A stretch of DNA of 64,000 bases, from IMG/VR virus record IMGVR_UViG_3300020048_000092. One strand, written 5' to 3'. A program made the translations under genes and the position numbers. This DNA comes from an uncultured virus (IMG/VR IMGVR_UViG_3300020048_000092). Its lineage: Duplodnaviria > Heunggongvirae > Uroviricota > Caudoviricetes. The notes below the pieces were generated by a model that was not told the DNA's origin, ran no database searches, and saw only the letters and a list, made by a program, of their open reading frames with translations. Of the stretch, positions 61,652 through 64,000 are shown piece after piece. Numbering within the stretch: position 1 is the stretch's first letter; each line of letters starts with the position of its first letter.

Positions 61652-62443
61652 ATGGATTTTAAATATGATATAATATCAACCAAAAGTATAGAAAGTAGTA
61701 CTGAATTGCCGAAGTATTTTCTAGGTTCAACGGCTAAAGAGGCCGAAAATACTTTTGAGGGGTTTAAGTCTTATATAAACAACATAGCCAATACATACGC
61801 AAGTGCCAGTAACATATCTAAGGATGATCTCTTCAGTGAATGTGTTATAGCACTTGCAAAAGCAAAGAAAGACTTCGATCCTGAAAGAGGCTCTGATTTC
61901 AGATCTTACGCTAAATATATAATTGTTGATGCTTTAAATGAATTTGTGAGAAAAAACAAGTCTATAGTTCAAGTACCTTCTTACATCAACAAAGCTAATA
62001 AAACCATAAACAAATTGAAAAATTTATTTAATAACGATAGTTTGTGGTATAGTTTAGCGTTTAATAACGAATATGATCCAAAAGGAGATATCGAACATAA
62101 TAAAAAAGTTCTACATAATGCAGCGAAGAGATCTAAAATAACATGTGAAGAGCTAATAGAGCGATCTGAATTTTTACCATTCATAGATCATAGTAACGAT
62201 TTTGCACACTACACTGATACAGAACCGATGGATAACGCAGATGCTGTTATAGCAAAAGTTGTGGTAGATAAAATACTTTGTATCCTATCAGAAAGTGAAC
62301 AAAGAGTAGCGGAGTTATTAATGACTGGGCTAAACAAAACAGAAATTGCAAAGACGATAGGTAAATCAGATCAATTTGTTAGCGATAGGATACTCGCAAT
62401 AAAAAGCAAGGTATTAAACATGATAACAGGAGAAAGGAAATAA
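61652..62443 (+). CDS. Sigma70-family RNA polymerase sigma factor
   Basis: Region 2 DDL..E..IAL.KA..FDPERG..F.SYA; region 4 LSESEQRV...GL.KTEIAKTIG. Confidence 0.88.
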   Translation: MDFKYDIISTKSIESSTELPKYFLGSTAKEAENTFEGFKSYINNIANTYASASNISKDDLFSECVIALAKAKKDFDPERGSDFRSYAKYIIVDALNEFVRKNKSIVQVPSYINKANKTINKLKNLFNNDSLWYSLAFNNEYDPKGDIEHNKKVLHNAAKRSKITCEELIERSEFLPFIDHSNDFAHYTDTEPMDNADAVIAKVVVDKILCILSESEQRVAELLMTGLNKTEIAKTIGKSDQFVSDRILAIKSKVLNMITGERK

Positions 62444-62450
62444 GTGAAAT

Positions 62451-63848
62451 ATGAATACTATAGAAGTACTACGTAAGTTTGAAAAAGATACTAGAAGTAC
62501 TTACAATACAGAAGTCTATATAACTGGCGGTTTTGTAAGAGATTTACTTAGAAAAAAGAAAAACACTGACCTGGATGTAGTCGTAAGATTTGTTCCATTA
62601 GATGATATCCAGAAATATCTAAGTGCATTTGGAAAAGCTAAAAAGATAACCCTATCTCAGCATAATGGTGTGTCTGAAACAACATTTGTATCATTTAGGG
62701 CTGATGGCGATGAAATGGAAGCGCAAATATCTAGTCCAAAAGGTGTAAAGCGGGGGAGCTCCGATATAAAAGCTACTTTAAAGCAAGACAGTAGTCAAAG
62801 GGATTTTACTATTAATGCAATGTATATTCCCATAAGTAGGATTTCTACAAAAAATGTTATTGATTATTGGGGCGGTAAAAATGATATAGCAGGAAGGCAA
62901 CTGTTGACTATTGGTTCTGCTAAAGCTAGATTTACACAATCACCAATAAGAGTAATGCGTGCATTTGCATTAGCAAGTCGCTTAAACTACAATATAGCTG
63001 GTCACGTAAAAGCGGCCATAGTAGAGAACGCTTATTTGTTAAAAAGTGTTCCACAAGAAGCAATAAGAGCAGAATTTGAAGAAATTTTATTGAGTCAAAA
63101 ACCATCCGTGTGTCTTAAAATGATGCAAAAGTTAGGAGTATTAAAAGTAATACTTCCTGAGCTAAATGATTGTGCATACTGTGTTCAAGATAAAAAATAT
63201 CATAAGTATAATGTATTTAATCACTTAGTCTATACATGCGACTATAGTGAACCGAATTTAATTTTACGATTGGCCGGCCTTTTTCATGATATAGGCAAAC
63301 CGATATCCAAAAGTGATGGTTCTTCTGAGAAGATAACCTTTCATAAGCATGAGGTGATCGGGGCAAGACTAGCAGCAGTAATTTTAAAAAGGCTTTGCTT
63401 CGACAACAAAACAATAGAGGAAGTTACTCATTTAATACGCATGCATATGTACCATTACACCAGGGAGTATACCGACGCTGGTGTTAGGCGTTTTATAGCT
63501 AACGCAAAAATGACTGAAAAAGATGTTGAAAACGTCGGAGAATTTCCTCTTTTTAAATTGAGGATTGCTGAAAGATTGGGTAATGGATTTAAAAAGCAAC
63601 CAATTACACCAAGGCAAAAGGATTTTGAAGATAGGATACAAAAAGTCTACAAAAACAGTACTGGATTAACCATCAGTGATTTGGCTATTGACGGTAATGA
63701 TTTAATTGAAACATTCTCAATGAAACCATCAAGAGATATAGGGATAGTATTAAATTATTTACTTAATCTTATCTTAGAAGAACCATTTCTTAACGAGAGG
63801 AGTGCTCTTTTACATTGTGCTCTTGATTTCATGGAGTCTAAGAAGTAG
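62451..63848 (+). CDS. Class II CCA-type tRNA nucleotidyltransferase with HD domain
   Basis: GGFVRD..DLD, RDFTINAM, IRAEFEEIL, HKYNVFNH, LFHDIGKP, HEVIGA, HM. Confidence 0.9.
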   Translation: MNTIEVLRKFEKDTRSTYNTEVYITGGFVRDLLRKKKNTDLDVVVRFVPLDDIQKYLSAFGKAKKITLSQHNGVSETTFVSFRADGDEMEAQISSPKGVKRGSSDIKATLKQDSSQRDFTINAMYIPISRISTKNVIDYWGGKNDIAGRQLLTIGSAKARFTQSPIRVMRAFALASRLNYNIAGHVKAAIVENAYLLKSVPQEAIRAEFEEILLSQKPSVCLKMMQKLGVLKVILPELNDCAYCVQDKKYHKYNVFNHLVYTCDYSEPNLILRLAGLFHDIGKPISKSDGSSEKITFHKHEVIGARLAAVILKRLCFDNKTIEEVTHLIRMHMYHYTREYTDAGVRRFIANAKMTEKDVENVGEFPLFKLRIAERLGNGFKKQPITPRQKDFEDRIQKVYKNSTGLTISDLAIDGNDLIETFSMKPSRDIGIVLNYLLNLILEEPFLNERSALLHCALDFMESKK

Positions 63849-64000
63849 TCAAACAAGAAATTAGTGAGGAGAGGGTAGTGAAGTAAAACTATTACATGGG
63901 TATTCCCATGTGATTTAACATAACAGTGATAGGTTTTTTTGGGGGCAATACGGTTATTATATAGTACCATCTACTCTGATGCGGAACCAAATAACTATAA

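Noticed and set aside
429..63970. Numerous minus-strand ORFs in the track (e.g. 43329-43856, 56091-56702, 58878-59342)
   Set aside because: They are antisense shadows of well-supported plus-strand genes with no recognisable motifs.
1..64000. Alternative genetic code (TAG or TGA reassigned), suggested by many short ORFs
   Set aside because: Long conserved genes (RNAP, Ro60, RtcB, helicase) are uninterrupted in the standard code. All three stops end genes followed by new RBS/starts. Only some neighbours across stops are in frame, as expected by chance.
63849..64000. Possible tRNA downstream of the CCA-type enzyme
   Set aside because: Only a short hairpin (ACATGGG-TATT-CCCATGT) is visible; no cloverleaf or T-loop consensus.

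Overview
This window looks like part of a large, AT-rich lytic (jumbo-type) bacteriophage genome. Nearly all genes are on the + strand, tightly packed, with AGGAG-type ribosome-binding sites, and read in the standard genetic code. No virion structural genes were recognised. There are two N-gaps (2967-3013, 3511-3864). A DVU0772-like gene hints at a sulfate-reducing Desulfobacterota host (inference). Layout: (1) 1-3 kb is a GC-richer block with an HExxH metallopeptidase-like protein and an SSB-like protein. (2) 3-8 kb is repeat-rich and holds the only credible minus-strand gene, a GIY-YIG/RHH-like fusion. (3) 7-34 kb carries many small accessory genes, including several paralog families, RtcB, Ro60/TROVE, peptide deformylase, a macrodomain, phosphatases and a radical SAM enzyme. 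(4) 34-60 kb is an expanded phiEco32-type amidoligase/GATase/ATP-grasp/GNAT cluster, interrupted by a compact single-chain beta-beta' RNA polymerase, SSB and an SF2 helicase. (5) 60-64 kb has RuvB, a sigma70-family factor and a CCA-type nucleotidyltransferase. The most striking unexplained signal is at least nine small proteins of two unrelated sequence types that all end in (Y/C)-(K/N/V)-S-I-W-stop. All family calls come from motif recognition by eye, not database searches.
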